A DNA stretch of 64,000 bases from an uncultured Phycisphaerales bacterium (GCA_963755915.1 CAVWLP010000002.1:1952001-2016000); one strand, 5' to 3'. Numbered from the stretch's first letter, positions 10,653-20,142 are shown. Notes: generated from the letters alone by a model not told the origin. Made by a program: numbers and translations.

Positions 10653-11810
10653 TCAATGCGGGGCTCCGTTTTGCCGGGTCCGGAGGAAGAGGGTATAGAA
10701 AACAATCCCAATGACTGCCGCCGCAACTCCGACACTCGTTGGTAAGATAGGCATTCCAGCCTTTTGGGTGTTCGATGCGGGAGTCGCCGAAGACGAAGGG
10801 CCGAGTGCCCCTGGCCCAGACGATCCAGCCGGGCCCGGTGCCGGGATGGATTGTGCCGGCGCCGTTTGCCGCAGACCAGAGCGAGGCCGCTCCAAATCAA
10901 AAGCCTCCAAGGTAAAATCTTTCGCAGTGGCCTCGGATCGCTCGGGCTTCTGAAAATCGTGAATAGTCTGTTTTATGATAATGCCCAGCGCATTGAACTC
11001 CTGATCGATGATATGCTTGGGAAATGCAACATCCGCGACGCCGTCCTGGTATTCCACGGTTCGCCTGGCTATCCCGGTTCCAAAATTTAATTCATATGAG
11101 ATGATTGCCCAGTGGAAATTGGGATCTACAATCGCCCAACATGGATACGGCTTATGGCTATGGGAGAACATCCGATCAAAATCAAGGCGCACGAGTGGCT
11201 TTCCACGCCAGAGAATGGGCGTCGCCGTCTTCAAGGATAGTTGCCCATTATCAATAAGTTTCGGGAGTCTGAAGGCACGAAAGTCCTCGGCTACCAGTGC
11301 CAGGCAGGACCCATCGACCTCGTCTGCCCATCTATCTTTTTCGGGACGGTTCGCGTTAATGGGCGAATATTTCGTTATGCGGAATCGTTGGGATGCGTTT
11401 TTCCCTACGACGAAAATATATTCATTGTTAAAAACATAGGAGGTTGCCCAGGCATCGACCGAATCGCCCATGTAATCAACCCTCGCTCCGCCAATTTGAG
11501 CATCAAACAGCAAGCGGACAGGCGGTTCCTTGGCGTCAATGGGCTCGGCCGGGATTTTATTCTTTGTCGGTAGAAATGATGTGAATTTTGCGTCGTCGAA
11601 CACTTGCCAGCCACCCACAGCTGTTTCCAGCTTTTTCCATTCGGGCGGAGCCTCAGTCAAGAATTTTGCTTTCCAGTCCGGTTCGGTTGAGGGCTGAGCC
11701 GCATGTGAGACGTTTTGCTGCCCAATCATGAACAAGAGCACGGCAATGGCCAAGAGGCTCCGGCAGGAGAGAAACACCGCGATCGATTGGGTAGTCGGTT
11801 TAAGCTGCAT
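10653..11810 (-). CDS. Exported hypothetical protein with Pro/Ser/Gly linker and C-terminal membrane anchor
   Basis: Signal-peptide-like N-terminus (..SHA|AQ), beta-rich body, C-terminal TM VGVAAAVIGIVFYTLFL. Confidence 0.7.
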   Translation of the reverse strand: MQLKPTTQSIAVFLSCRSLLAIAVLLFMIGQQNVSHAAQPSTEPDWKAKFLTEAPPEWKKLETAVGGWQVFDDAKFTSFLPTKNKIPAEPIDAKEPPVRLLFDAQIGGARVDYMGDSVDAWATSYVFNNEYIFVVGKNASQRFRITKYSPINANRPEKDRWADEVDGSCLALVAEDFRAFRLPKLIDNGQLSLKTATPILWRGKPLVRLDFDRMFSHSHKPYPCWAIVDPNFHWAIISYELNFGTGIARRTVEYQDGVADVAFPKHIIDQEFNALGIIIKQTIHDFQKPERSEATAKDFTLEAFDLERPRSGLRQTAPAQSIPAPGPAGSSGPGALGPSSSATPASNTQKAGMPILPTSVGVAAAVIGIVFYTLFLRTRQNGAPH

Positions 11811-11913
11811 GATTACACCGAAAAGTTTCAATAAATAATAGACAAAGCGCATTGGCTGCCACAGGCCATACCGACATTCCCGACACAACGCGCAATGATG
11901 AATTTATGATCAT

Positions 11914-12183
11914 TCACCATGATTCCCCTCCGCTGCACGGCTGGGGCGGGCCTTTGGTGGGTTGACACTGGCAACAATTCGGGGTGTCACTGGAAATGCC
12001 GCAAATGTTACCTTTGCTCTCGTTACAAGAGTTACCCGGGTCTTGACATGCGCCCCCGACGACACCACCGCTATCGAAGTAGCAGCTATTAGTGTTATCG
12101 GCATATATCGCTCTCGTGCCCAAGCTCAGGAACGCCAGGACAAAGAAGAGAGTGGCTAAAGCAAAACATACGCGATTGAACAT
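11914..12183 (-). CDS. Small secreted cysteine-rich peptide (8 Cys in ~61-aa mature part)
   Basis: Strong RBS AAGGAG; hydrophobic signal peptide ending AIYA; Cys/Gly/Asn/Ser-rich mature region. Confidence 0.75.
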   Translation of the reverse strand: MFNRVCFALATLFFVLAFLSLGTRAIYADNTNSCYFDSGGVVGGACQDPGNSCNESKGNICGISSDTPNCCQCQPTKGPPQPCSGGESW

Positions 12184-12197
12184 AAAATCTCCTTAAC

Positions 12198-12629
12198 CTA
12201 TGGGTTATTTGAGGCTTGAAACATCGTGGCCTCTACGATCAGCGGCGGGACCACCCCGTCGCGGTTTGTTAGCAATTGAGCAGATGTGGAAAATTTTCCG
12301 GTGCCGTCGAACATTTTCACCCTAACTTTTAGAGAAATCTTTCCCGACTTGCCCGGGTCGAGTTGCAATGGAAGTCCGTCGGCGATCGTGCATGAACATG
12401 ACGTAGTTGCGCCAAGTAGTGTGATCGGACTGCTCTGCACATTTTTGACTGTGAACACCGCGTTTATAATGTCGCCTCTTTGGGCGTAGCAGGTAAATTT
12501 CGGTGAGGGATCAACAGAAACGAGGCTTGTGATTCGTGATGAATAGACCCATCGCACGGCGCCCGCAGTCGCTCCGGCGACCAGAAACGGCGAAAGGATC
12601 GTCAGCCAAACCCTAATTAATTTCTTCAT
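12198..12629 (-). CDS. DUF1573 (Ig-like) domain protein
   Basis: N-terminal TM; FTVKNVQSSPITLLGATTSCSCT...LDPGKSGKI matches the DUF1573 CxC pattern. Confidence 0.8.
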   Translation of the reverse strand: MKKLIRVWLTILSPFLVAGATAGAVRWVYSSRITSLVSVDPSPKFTCYAQRGDIINAVFTVKNVQSSPITLLGATTSCSCTIADGLPLQLDPGKSGKISLKVRVKMFDGTGKFSTSAQLLTNRDGVVPPLIVEATMFQASNNP

Positions 12630-12659
12630 ACGCCTACCCTCACCTTCGCCATCAAAATC

Positions 12660-14805
12660 TCATTGATCGATGTCTCTACCGGCATGTGACTTCTCCCATT
12701 GTTCGTTGTATTCCGCATCGCCAACTATCGCTGAGATCGTGGCGATTGCCAAAGGTTGAAGGTGATAACGTTGCCTATACTCGACGAACGCCGACTCCGC
12801 GTCGGAGCCGCGATGGAGCCTACACAATTCGGTGATCAAAAGTGGCCACGCCTGCTCCTGGTGAGGACCGGCATGGGTTGCAACAATTCGAAGCTGTATT
12901 GCGGCCTGTGCATGACGACCGAGCTCGCTTAGTGGCAACGCCCTCGCCCAGGCAAGACCAATCTGCTGGTCTTCGGGAAGTGATTGGCTTTGCGTTAATT
13001 GCAGAATGCTCAGAGAGGATTCGGGATCATGTTTTAGGTACGAACATTCAGCTATGCCGATCTTCGCCCAGGGCACGGCCCATCCAAGTGTCGAATCGTC
13101 GGAATGCACATGCTTCTCTATGTCACAATTCAATATGTAAATACTATCCACGTATTGTGAATCGCCGGTATTCACCCGGTCCCACAACAACGGCTCGCAA
13201 TTCTTCATCACTACCAGTATGCGCGTGGTCTGGTGATCGAATCCATCGGAGCTGTCGAGCTCCTGATGACCGCGACTGATGGCGGCTGCATAAGCCACGG
13301 CGGTGTCTTGTGGATCGTTGATAATCGTGTTCAACAGACCGCCGAATTCATACAGCGATTCGCAGGACAGTGGGCTTTTTGCCAAGATTGTGGCCAAATC
13401 CAATTGACTCCCCGCGTGCGACGAGTTTTGATCGAGCGACTCGCGCTCGGAATTTTCGAGCCAACTCGCTAGTCGAGGATCGGCTTCTTGAATGCACGTT
13501 GTCATCCAAAGGAATGCAACGTTGACATTGCCTCCACTGGCCTGGAACGCGTTGGCCATATGTAAAAGCGCTGGCAAGGGAAGTGTCGATCGGCTTAGTA
13601 TTTCGGTAAGTTCCGTTTGCTGCATTTGGTCTATAGCTCTGCCGAATGATAAATCGCTTTGCCAACGATCAAGCCAGCTTCGCAGCCGCGGATCACTTTG
13701 TGGAGCGAGGCGGGCGAGCAAAATCGGGTCGTTTAGTGGAAGACTAAATTCAGATTGCGATGAAGCGGGTGGTAGTTGAACTGAGCTAAACGCCTCGGTC
13801 TGAGGCGGCGGAAGATCGGCTCGCGAGGGTGCAGTAATATTGATTTCACGAGCAGCATCGCGCAATCGCCCTATGTCGAGCGAAGCTGGCAGGGAAATTT
13901 GCGAGGGCTTTGTAGATCTCTCGGCCTTTAGAGAGTTTACCCATGTCGTGGCTCGGTACGTAGCGCAATCCTGATCTCGCATAGTCCTGGCAATCCCCTT
14001 GAGGGCCTCCACCACATCCCAATTGCTCTGAACGTAACCGCACGCTTTAGTAAAGGATTCCTGCGCTTCGGCCGGCCGGTCCGCCAACAGCAGGAGATTT
14101 CCGCGCGAGATTTGGTTTTGGAACGGGTACCTGCTGCCGTTCGCTGTCCGATCGATCGCTTGGGCGAATCGCGAAGTATTGACATCGATTGATTTCAGGA
14201 GACACGTATTGGTCGCTGCTCTTTCCCCCGAAGAGGTCATGCCCGCCGATTGTTGTTTTCTGAATTGTTGGGCGACGTCGAAACCTTTCGTTTTGGCAAG
14301 AGCATCTGCCAGAAGATTGATCGCGGTTGTAGATTGGGACAGGGGGGCGATGTTATAGAACACCTTGGCCTCTGGAAGAGCCTGGGTGTAGTCTCCGTCG
14401 GCGAGCATCGCCCGGACGTGCGCCTCCTGGCAGGTCGAAACCAAAGCAGTGTCCGAGGGTTTGGTGACCATGGCGATCAGACTCAAACCTTCGACATCCG
14501 AGAATCTCTGGGCTCGCATCAGGGGCGCGAGCCAAGCCGGAAGATGCTCGGCCATCTTTTCCGGATTGGATGCTGCAAGGCGCCAGATACCGTCAATCAT
14601 GTCTTTGTTCACATCGCTTGAGAGCCAGGCATTCAATGTGGCTGGGTCGCCGCCCACAGCCTGGAACGCATCGGCGATCTGAAGGAGCATTGGCAAAGGA
14701 AGCGTCGATCGACCAAGGATTTGCACGAGCTGTTCTCTGAATTGTTCGGCGGCAGTTGGACCACTGGTTTTGGCCAGCGCTTGGGCCAGCAGATCGATGG
14801 CGGTC
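12660..14805 (-). CDS. Large TPR-like helical repeat protein, 5'-truncated
   Basis: Internal repeats (ILGRSTLPLPMLL/ILSRSTLPLPALL; TAIDLLAQALAKT/TAINLLADALAKT); the frame stays repeat-like upstream of the GTG at 14726 to ~14805 with no proper start. Confidence 0.6.
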
Positions 14806-15463
14806 GGGCATGCTGACCTTGCGGCAATGACGGCGACGCAGTCGCCTGAATTGCGTCAGCGGCTTATGGAGACGCTCGGCAATGCATTGAGAATAAGCCA
14901 AGGTGATGGACCCATCCGTACGCTTTTGGACGCGGAGCCGTTTGACGCGGTACACCTGCTTAGCAACTATCCCTCTTGGATTGGAAAGCTCTTCGGTAAG
15001 TGGATAGGCAAAACTGCAACAATTCACCAGGTGGAACTGCGTGATCCGACAGATTACGGCCAAATCTTTCGGGTCGTGGACGGCATCTCTCGTCAATTTT
15101 TGGTGGCGACGCAATCGGAGATTTGTGCATTCACCTCAGTCCGGGTACCCCGGCAATGGCTGCAATTTGGGTGTTACTTGGAAAAAGCAAATTTCCGGCC
15201 ACCTTCTATCAAACGCACGGCGGCCGAGCATGGAAGACCGATATTCCGTTTGATCTCATCGTAGACTTTCTACCGGGCCTTTTGCGGGGGGCAGACGCCA
15301 ACCTTGTTGGACTCGCAGCACGATCCCCCGCCGAAGTTAAAGGGTTTGAGTGTCAGGCATCACTTAAATCACGCCACGTAACATCACTTCAAATGCCGCC
15401 ATTTTGGAGAGGCGCAGATTCGGTCCGTAAGCTTCCCGGCTGCTCGCCGGTGGGAGCTTGCGG

Positions 15464-17116
15464 ATGTCGAATCGGCTCACAATGGCGGAACATCAGACAA
15501 TCTTGGGACTTGCGCGACTGAACTGGTCGTATCGCCGGATCGCCGCGGAACTGGGCATCGACCGGGAGACGGTCTCTCGTCACATTAAATCCGCGGTGAT
15601 CGAACCACCCGGTGCAGGTCCGCCGGATCCAGATGCCGCCATTCTGATTGCCGGGTCCGAGGTCAGATCGGAGGCAAATGCCACCATTCCGATGACCGGG
15701 TCAATGCACGGCGAGGCGGAATCTGTCGGTTCAAATGCCGCCATTTCGATTACCGGGTTTTCCGGCCGTCACAGCCAGTGCGAGCCATGGCGCGCCGTCA
15801 TCCTTCAGGGTCTTGAGCAAGGCCTGACGGCCAAGCGTATCTGGCAGGACTTGGCTGCCGATCATGGCTTCGACGGTCCTTACCAACCGGTCCAGCGATT
15901 TGTCCAGCGGCTCAACCGTGCCGGAACCAACGGATTGCCCTATCGGCGAATGGAATGCGCCCCCGGCGCCGAGGCCCAGGTGGACTTCGGCAAGGGCGCG
16001 CCCCTCGTCACACCCGACGGCAAACGAACCCGTCCCCACCTGTTCCGCATCGTGCTGAGCTGCTCGCGCAAAGCCTACAGCGAAGTGACGCCCCGGCAGA
16101 CCACCGAGCAGTTCATCCGCTGCATCGAAAACGCCTTCATTCACTTCGGCGGTGTTCCCAGAACTCTGGTGATCGACAATCTCAAAGCGGCCGTCACCCA
16201 TGCCGACTGGTACGATCCCGATCTGAATCCCAAGATTCAGGAGTTCGCGCGTCACTACGGCACCGTCATTTTGCCGACGCGCCCAAGGACGCCACGGCAC
16301 AAGGGAAAGATCGAACGCGGCGTCGGATACGCCCAGGGGAATGCTCTCAAGGCCCGAACCTTCAAGAGCCTTTCCGAGCAGAACCAATTCCTGGCCGAAT
16401 GGGAATCGACCATCGCCGACACGCGCATTCATGGCACCACGCGCAAGCAGGTGGCGAGGATGTTCGCGGAAGTGGAGAAGCCGGCGCTATTGCCTCTTCC
16501 GCCGGGACGGTTCCCCTGTTTTCAGGAAGCCCAGCGGATCGTCAACCGTGATGGCCACGTGGAGGTGGCCAAGGCGTATTACTCGGCGCCGCCGGAGTTC
16601 CTCGGCCGGACCATCTGGTGGCGCTGGGACGGGCACGTCGTCCGGCTCTTTGATTCTCAGCTTCGGCAGGTTGCCATCCACGTTCAGCACGAGCCGGGAC
16701 GCTTCGCCACCGATGATCGTCACATCGTTCCCGAGAAGCGCGGCGGGATCGAACGCGGCGCGGCCTGGTGGATGAACAAGGCCAGCGCCATCGGTCCCCA
16801 CGCCGGCCAATGGGCTGAAAATGTCCTGAATTGCCGGGGGATTCACGCCTTGCGCGTGGTGATGGGGCTGGTCAGTCTCACGCATCGCCATCCCGCCAAA
16901 ATGATCGAACAGGCCTGTCAGGTGGCTCAAGGGCACGGCACCCATCGGCTGCGCGACATCCGCAATCTGCTGAAACGATCGGAATCCGCCGCGCAACAGC
17001 AACAGTTCGAGTTCGTCGCCGAGCATCCCCTGATCCGGTCGCTTTCGGATTACTCCCAACTGGTCCATGACGCTTTCGATAACACCCCCGTGGAGGCAAA
17101 GCCTCCACTTTTTTGA
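15464..17116 (+). CDS. istA: IS21 transposase IstA
   Basis: HTH, AQVDFG, VIDNLK, KGKIER. Confidence 0.95.
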   Translation: MSNRLTMAEHQTILGLARLNWSYRRIAAELGIDRETVSRHIKSAVIEPPGAGPPDPDAAILIAGSEVRSEANATIPMTGSMHGEAESVGSNAAISITGFSGRHSQCEPWRAVILQGLEQGLTAKRIWQDLAADHGFDGPYQPVQRFVQRLNRAGTNGLPYRRMECAPGAEAQVDFGKGAPLVTPDGKRTRPHLFRIVLSCSRKAYSEVTPRQTTEQFIRCIENAFIHFGGVPRTLVIDNLKAAVTHADWYDPDLNPKIQEFARHYGTVILPTRPRTPRHKGKIERGVGYAQGNALKARTFKSLSEQNQFLAEWESTIADTRIHGTTRKQVARMFAEVEKPALLPLPPGRFPCFQEAQRIVNRDGHVEVAKAYYSAPPEFLGRTIWWRWDGHVVRLFDSQLRQVAIHVQHEPGRFATDDRHIVPEKRGGIERGAAWWMNKASAIGPHAGQWAENVLNCRGIHALRVVMGLVSLTHRHPAKMIEQACQVAQGHGTHRLRDIRNLLKRSESAAQQQQFEFVAEHPLIRSLSDYSQLVHDAFDNTPVEAKPPLF

Positions 17117-17126
17117 AAGGAGATTT

Positions 17127-18038
17127 ATGAACGAATCGTTACGAACCGCCCTGACCCGCCTTCGGCTTTCGGGCTTGGCCTCCACCTTGGACGTGCGCTT
17201 GCAGGAAGCCGCCGGCCATCAGCTTTCCCACGGCGAGTTTTTGGAACTGGTGCTTCAGGATGAATTGCTCATTCGCAATGAACGCCTGATCGCCCGGCGC
17301 GTCAAGATCGCGGGCTTTCGGGAACTCAAGACCCTCGACGAGTTCGACTTTTCCTTCAACTCGTCGGTCAAACGCAAGCAGATCTTCGAGCTGGCAACCG
17401 GCCGGTTCATCCGCGAGGCGCGGGATGTCTTGCTGATCGGGCCGCCGGGTCTGGGAAAAAGTCACATCGCCCAGGCACTGGGATACCAAGCCATCAAGAA
17501 CGGATCGGTCGTGCTTTACCGCTCGATCTTCGACGTGGTGCGCGACTTCCTGCACGATGAGGCCCTCAACCAGCAGGACAAAATCATGGAGCGGTATCTC
17601 CGGCCCGATCTGCTCATCATCGACGATATGGGCATGAAGCAATTGCCCAAACGCTCCGGCGAATATCTCTTCGAGATCATCATGCGGCGTTACCAGGTTC
17701 GCTCCACCATGATGACCAGCAACCGGCCGCTCGAAGACTGGGGCAAATTGATCGGCGACGTACCGGCCGCCACGGCAATCCTCGATCGCTTCCTGCACAA
17801 CGCCGAGGTGATCGCGATCACCGGCAGAAGCTATCGGTTGCGAGACCGTGCCGCGGAGGCGAAGCCTACCGCTGAAAGCATCGAATCCACCAAACCGCGA
17901 GGACGCCGGAGTACCGGCGGCGATGAAGGGCTTTCCCCTCCGGAAGACACCGATGCCAGAAAGCCATTGTCTTCTGGCGTGGGGGTTCAGCCTGCCGAAG
18001 CGGCCTCGCCGGTAGTCAACAACTCGGCGTCAATTTGA
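17127..18038 (+). CDS. istB: IS21 helper ATPase IstB
   Basis: RBS AAGGAG; GPPGLGKS, LLIIDD, AILDRFL. Confidence 0.95.
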   Translation: MNESLRTALTRLRLSGLASTLDVRLQEAAGHQLSHGEFLELVLQDELLIRNERLIARRVKIAGFRELKTLDEFDFSFNSSVKRKQIFELATGRFIREARDVLLIGPPGLGKSHIAQALGYQAIKNGSVVLYRSIFDVVRDFLHDEALNQQDKIMERYLRPDLLIIDDMGMKQLPKRSGEYLFEIIMRRYQVRSTMMTSNRPLEDWGKLIGDVPAATAILDRFLHNAEVIAITGRSYRLRDRAAEAKPTAESIESTKPRGRRSTGGDEGLSPPEDTDARKPLSSGVGVQPAEAASPVVNNSASI

Positions 18039-18805
18039 AATGGGACGGTCGATTGCGATATATCGGACGTGGTGGCATTTGATCCGATGATCGGTGGTGG
18101 CATTTGAAGTGATGACTGACATTTGAGGCGATCGTCGGTAACAGTCGGGCGATTCGAGTAGCGGTTGGGCGGGCTCAACGAGCTGCTATCCGCGATGTTC
18201 CCGTTCTAATTATCGGTGAAAGCGGTACGGGCAAGGAAATGTTTGCCCGTGCTATGCACGCCGCAAGCCCGCGTCGAGAGGGTCCATTTGTCGCAGTCAA
18301 CTGCGCCGCAGTTCCGAGGGAACTGCTAGAATCGGAATTATTTGGCCATAAACGCGGTTCGTTTACTGGCGCCTCGGCTGACCGTGTTGGAGCTTTCGAA
18401 GAAGCCACCTCCGGTAACCAGGCGCTCTTTCCATTTTCGCATAAGCCACAAGTTTTAAGCGATTCCATTCTGCATCGCGTCGATGATAGTAATCGCATGA
18501 TTTCCAACCCACAAATAGCCCAACCCCACCGCCCAGTAGCAGGAGCGCTAACGTAGATACTCGTCATGGCTAATGGGCTAGGTCGTCGCCGACCCGGATT
18601 GCGTTATCGACTTCTCAGCGTTGATCCCACCAGCTGGCACCAGCCGCGACAGGTGCCCGGCAGCTTGGAAAACTGCAATTGGACGTGATTGTCATGGGCG
18701 CGCAAAACCGGCCAATTGAGGGCGCGCCAAAACCGGCCATTTTGAGGCACAGGAGATTGGGTTATCGACCTTGGCTTTCGGCGGTTGCCGCAAGCCAATG
18801 GTGGG

Positions 18806-19052
18806 ATGGCCAATCAACTCAAGATGGCGGAAGTACAAGCAATTTTGGCACTTGCGCCAGCGGCTGGTCCAATCGGAACATCGCCCGCCAACTCGGCGTT
18901 CACCGGGAGACCGTTGGACGCCACATCCGGTTGTCGGGCGGCGATCCTGCGGCGCCCGGATCGGATTCAAAACCGGCCAGCGCGCCCCTCGGCTCGACGG
19001 TGCTCGCCGCAGGCGGCTCGGAGAGCAGAGCCGAAGGGAGTCCACCCCATGA
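18806..19052 (+). pseudogene. istA: istA remnant (HTH region joined to the last codons; DDE core deleted)
   Basis: MANQLKMAEVQAILALA then, shifted, WSNRNIARQLGVHRETVGRH as in copy A, followed directly by the GAGTCCACCCCATGA istA/istB junction. Confidence 0.88.
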
Positions 19053-19939
19053 GACCTTCGTTGATGCAGACGCTCAAGCAACTTCGGCTTTCAGGTCTGG
19101 CGAGCAGCCTTGAAGTTCGCCTGAGCGAGGCGGCCGGCAATCGGCTCGACCACAGTGAGTTTTTGGAACTGATCCTTCAGGATGAACTGAACGTCCGATC
19201 CAGCCGGCAGATCGGCCGGCGCGTCAAGGCGGCGATGTTCCGCGACACCAAAAACCTCGACGAGTTCGACTTCTCCTTCAACACCTCCATCAAACGCAAA
19301 CAGATTCACGATCTGGCCGCCGGCCAGTTCATTCGTGACAAACGTGACGTGCTCTTGCTGGGTCCGCCCGGCGTGGGCAAATCGTTTTTGGCCCAGGCCA
19401 TCGGACACCAGGCGATCAAGAGCGGCTTGGTGGTCCTGTACCGATCCATCTTCGACCTGGCCCGCGACTTTTTAGGCGACGAGGATCTGGGAGCCCAGGA
19501 CAAGACGCTGGCCCGGTATCTCAAGCCTGATCTGCTTATCATCGACGACATGGGAATGAAGCAGCTTCCGCGGCGCAGCGGCGAATGCCTGCTGGAGATC
19601 GTCATGCGCCGGCACGAGAACCGCTCGACGATGATGACCAGCAACCGTCCACTGGAGGACTGGGCCAAGCTGATCGGCGACGTGCCGGCGGCCACGGCCA
19701 TTCTGGATCGGTTCCTGCAGCACGCCACGATCATCAACATCACCGGCAAGAGCTACCGCCTTCGGCATGGGGGCCATTCGACTTCGCTCACGGCAGGCCA
19801 ATCCGGGACACCGGAAAAGACAAATCCAAAAGGACGGCGGAGTACCGCCGGCGATGAAGGGTGCTCCCCCCCGGAAGACACCGTGACAGAGCCGCCGTTG
19901 TCTTCTGATGTGGGGGTATCCGCCGGCCAGACGGCGTGA
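19049..19939 (+). CDS. istB: IS21 helper ATPase IstB
   Basis: GPPGVGKS, LLIIDD, AILDRFL; closely similar to copy A IstB. Confidence 0.95.
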   Translation: MRPSLMQTLKQLRLSGLASSLEVRLSEAAGNRLDHSEFLELILQDELNVRSSRQIGRRVKAAMFRDTKNLDEFDFSFNTSIKRKQIHDLAAGQFIRDKRDVLLLGPPGVGKSFLAQAIGHQAIKSGLVVLYRSIFDLARDFLGDEDLGAQDKTLARYLKPDLLIIDDMGMKQLPRRSGECLLEIVMRRHENRSTMMTSNRPLEDWAKLIGDVPAATAILDRFLQHATIINITGKSYRLRHGGHSTSLTAGQSGTPEKTNPKGRRSTAGDEGCSPPEDTVTEPPLSSDVGVSAGQTA

Positions 19940-20142
19940 ACGGGGACCAATAACTCAAGGAACAGTTGCGTCGGATAGAACGGATGCGGTATAGAATACG
20001 TCAGCACATTGGCCGGTTTTGAAGCGCCCCGCCCTGGCTGGTTTTGGCGCGCCCCGTGACACGTGATCTTTGGGCCAGTCGCAAACCACAATTATCCACA
20101 TCCCCAGCTCATTCATCCCACCATCACGCCAGCCCTGTTCTG

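Larger units (their letters stand above)
7356..10656 (-). pseudogene. MauE/DoxX-family membrane protein interrupted near its C-terminus by IS21 copy A
   Basis: VFLFAAFSKL, ETAIGLWLL, PCGCMG, LIRNSLL; removing the IS and one CAATTG joins ...IGGAQL to LLFTVDQ...GYRNV* in frame (10656-10171 + 7448-7356). Confidence 0.8.
15351..18121 (+). mobile_element. IS21-family insertion sequence (copy B, different subtype)
   Basis: Ends TGTCAGGCATCACTT / AAGTGATGACTGACA; 6-bp direct repeat TTTGAG at 15345-15350 and 18122-18127. Confidence 0.95.
14797..18410 (+). pseudogene. Sigma-54-dependent activator with RtcR/CARF-like N-terminal domain; truncated at both ends, frameshifted, split by IS21 copy B
   Basis: GHADL..GPI..FDAVHLLSNY..PTDY; HLSPGTPAM; KGFE|AIVGNS joins in frame across the IS; then GESGTGKE, AVNCAA, ESELFGHKRGSFTGA; similarity lost after GAFEEA. 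Confidence 0.8.
18690..20061 (+). mobile_element. Internally deleted IS21 element (copy C, related to copy A)
   Basis: Ends TGTCATGGGCGCGCAAAACCGGCC / GGTTTTGGCGCGCCCCGTGACA; 6-bp direct repeat CGTGAT at 18684-18689 and 20062-20067; 1372 bp. Confidence 0.93.

Noticed and set aside
15733-15759. istA-internal repeats as the end of a nested IS
   Set aside because: No TG/CA terminus or target duplication, and the istA frame is uninterrupted
17901-17988. Conserved istB-tail element as a hammerhead ribozyme
   Set aside because: It has CGATGA and GGAAG rather than the CTGATGA and GAAA core; kept only as an unclassified structure
18785-19939. 384-aa ORF as a novel HTH-IstB fusion protein
   Set aside because: Only 17 IstA residues are in frame; the rest is out-of-frame remnant of the deleted istA
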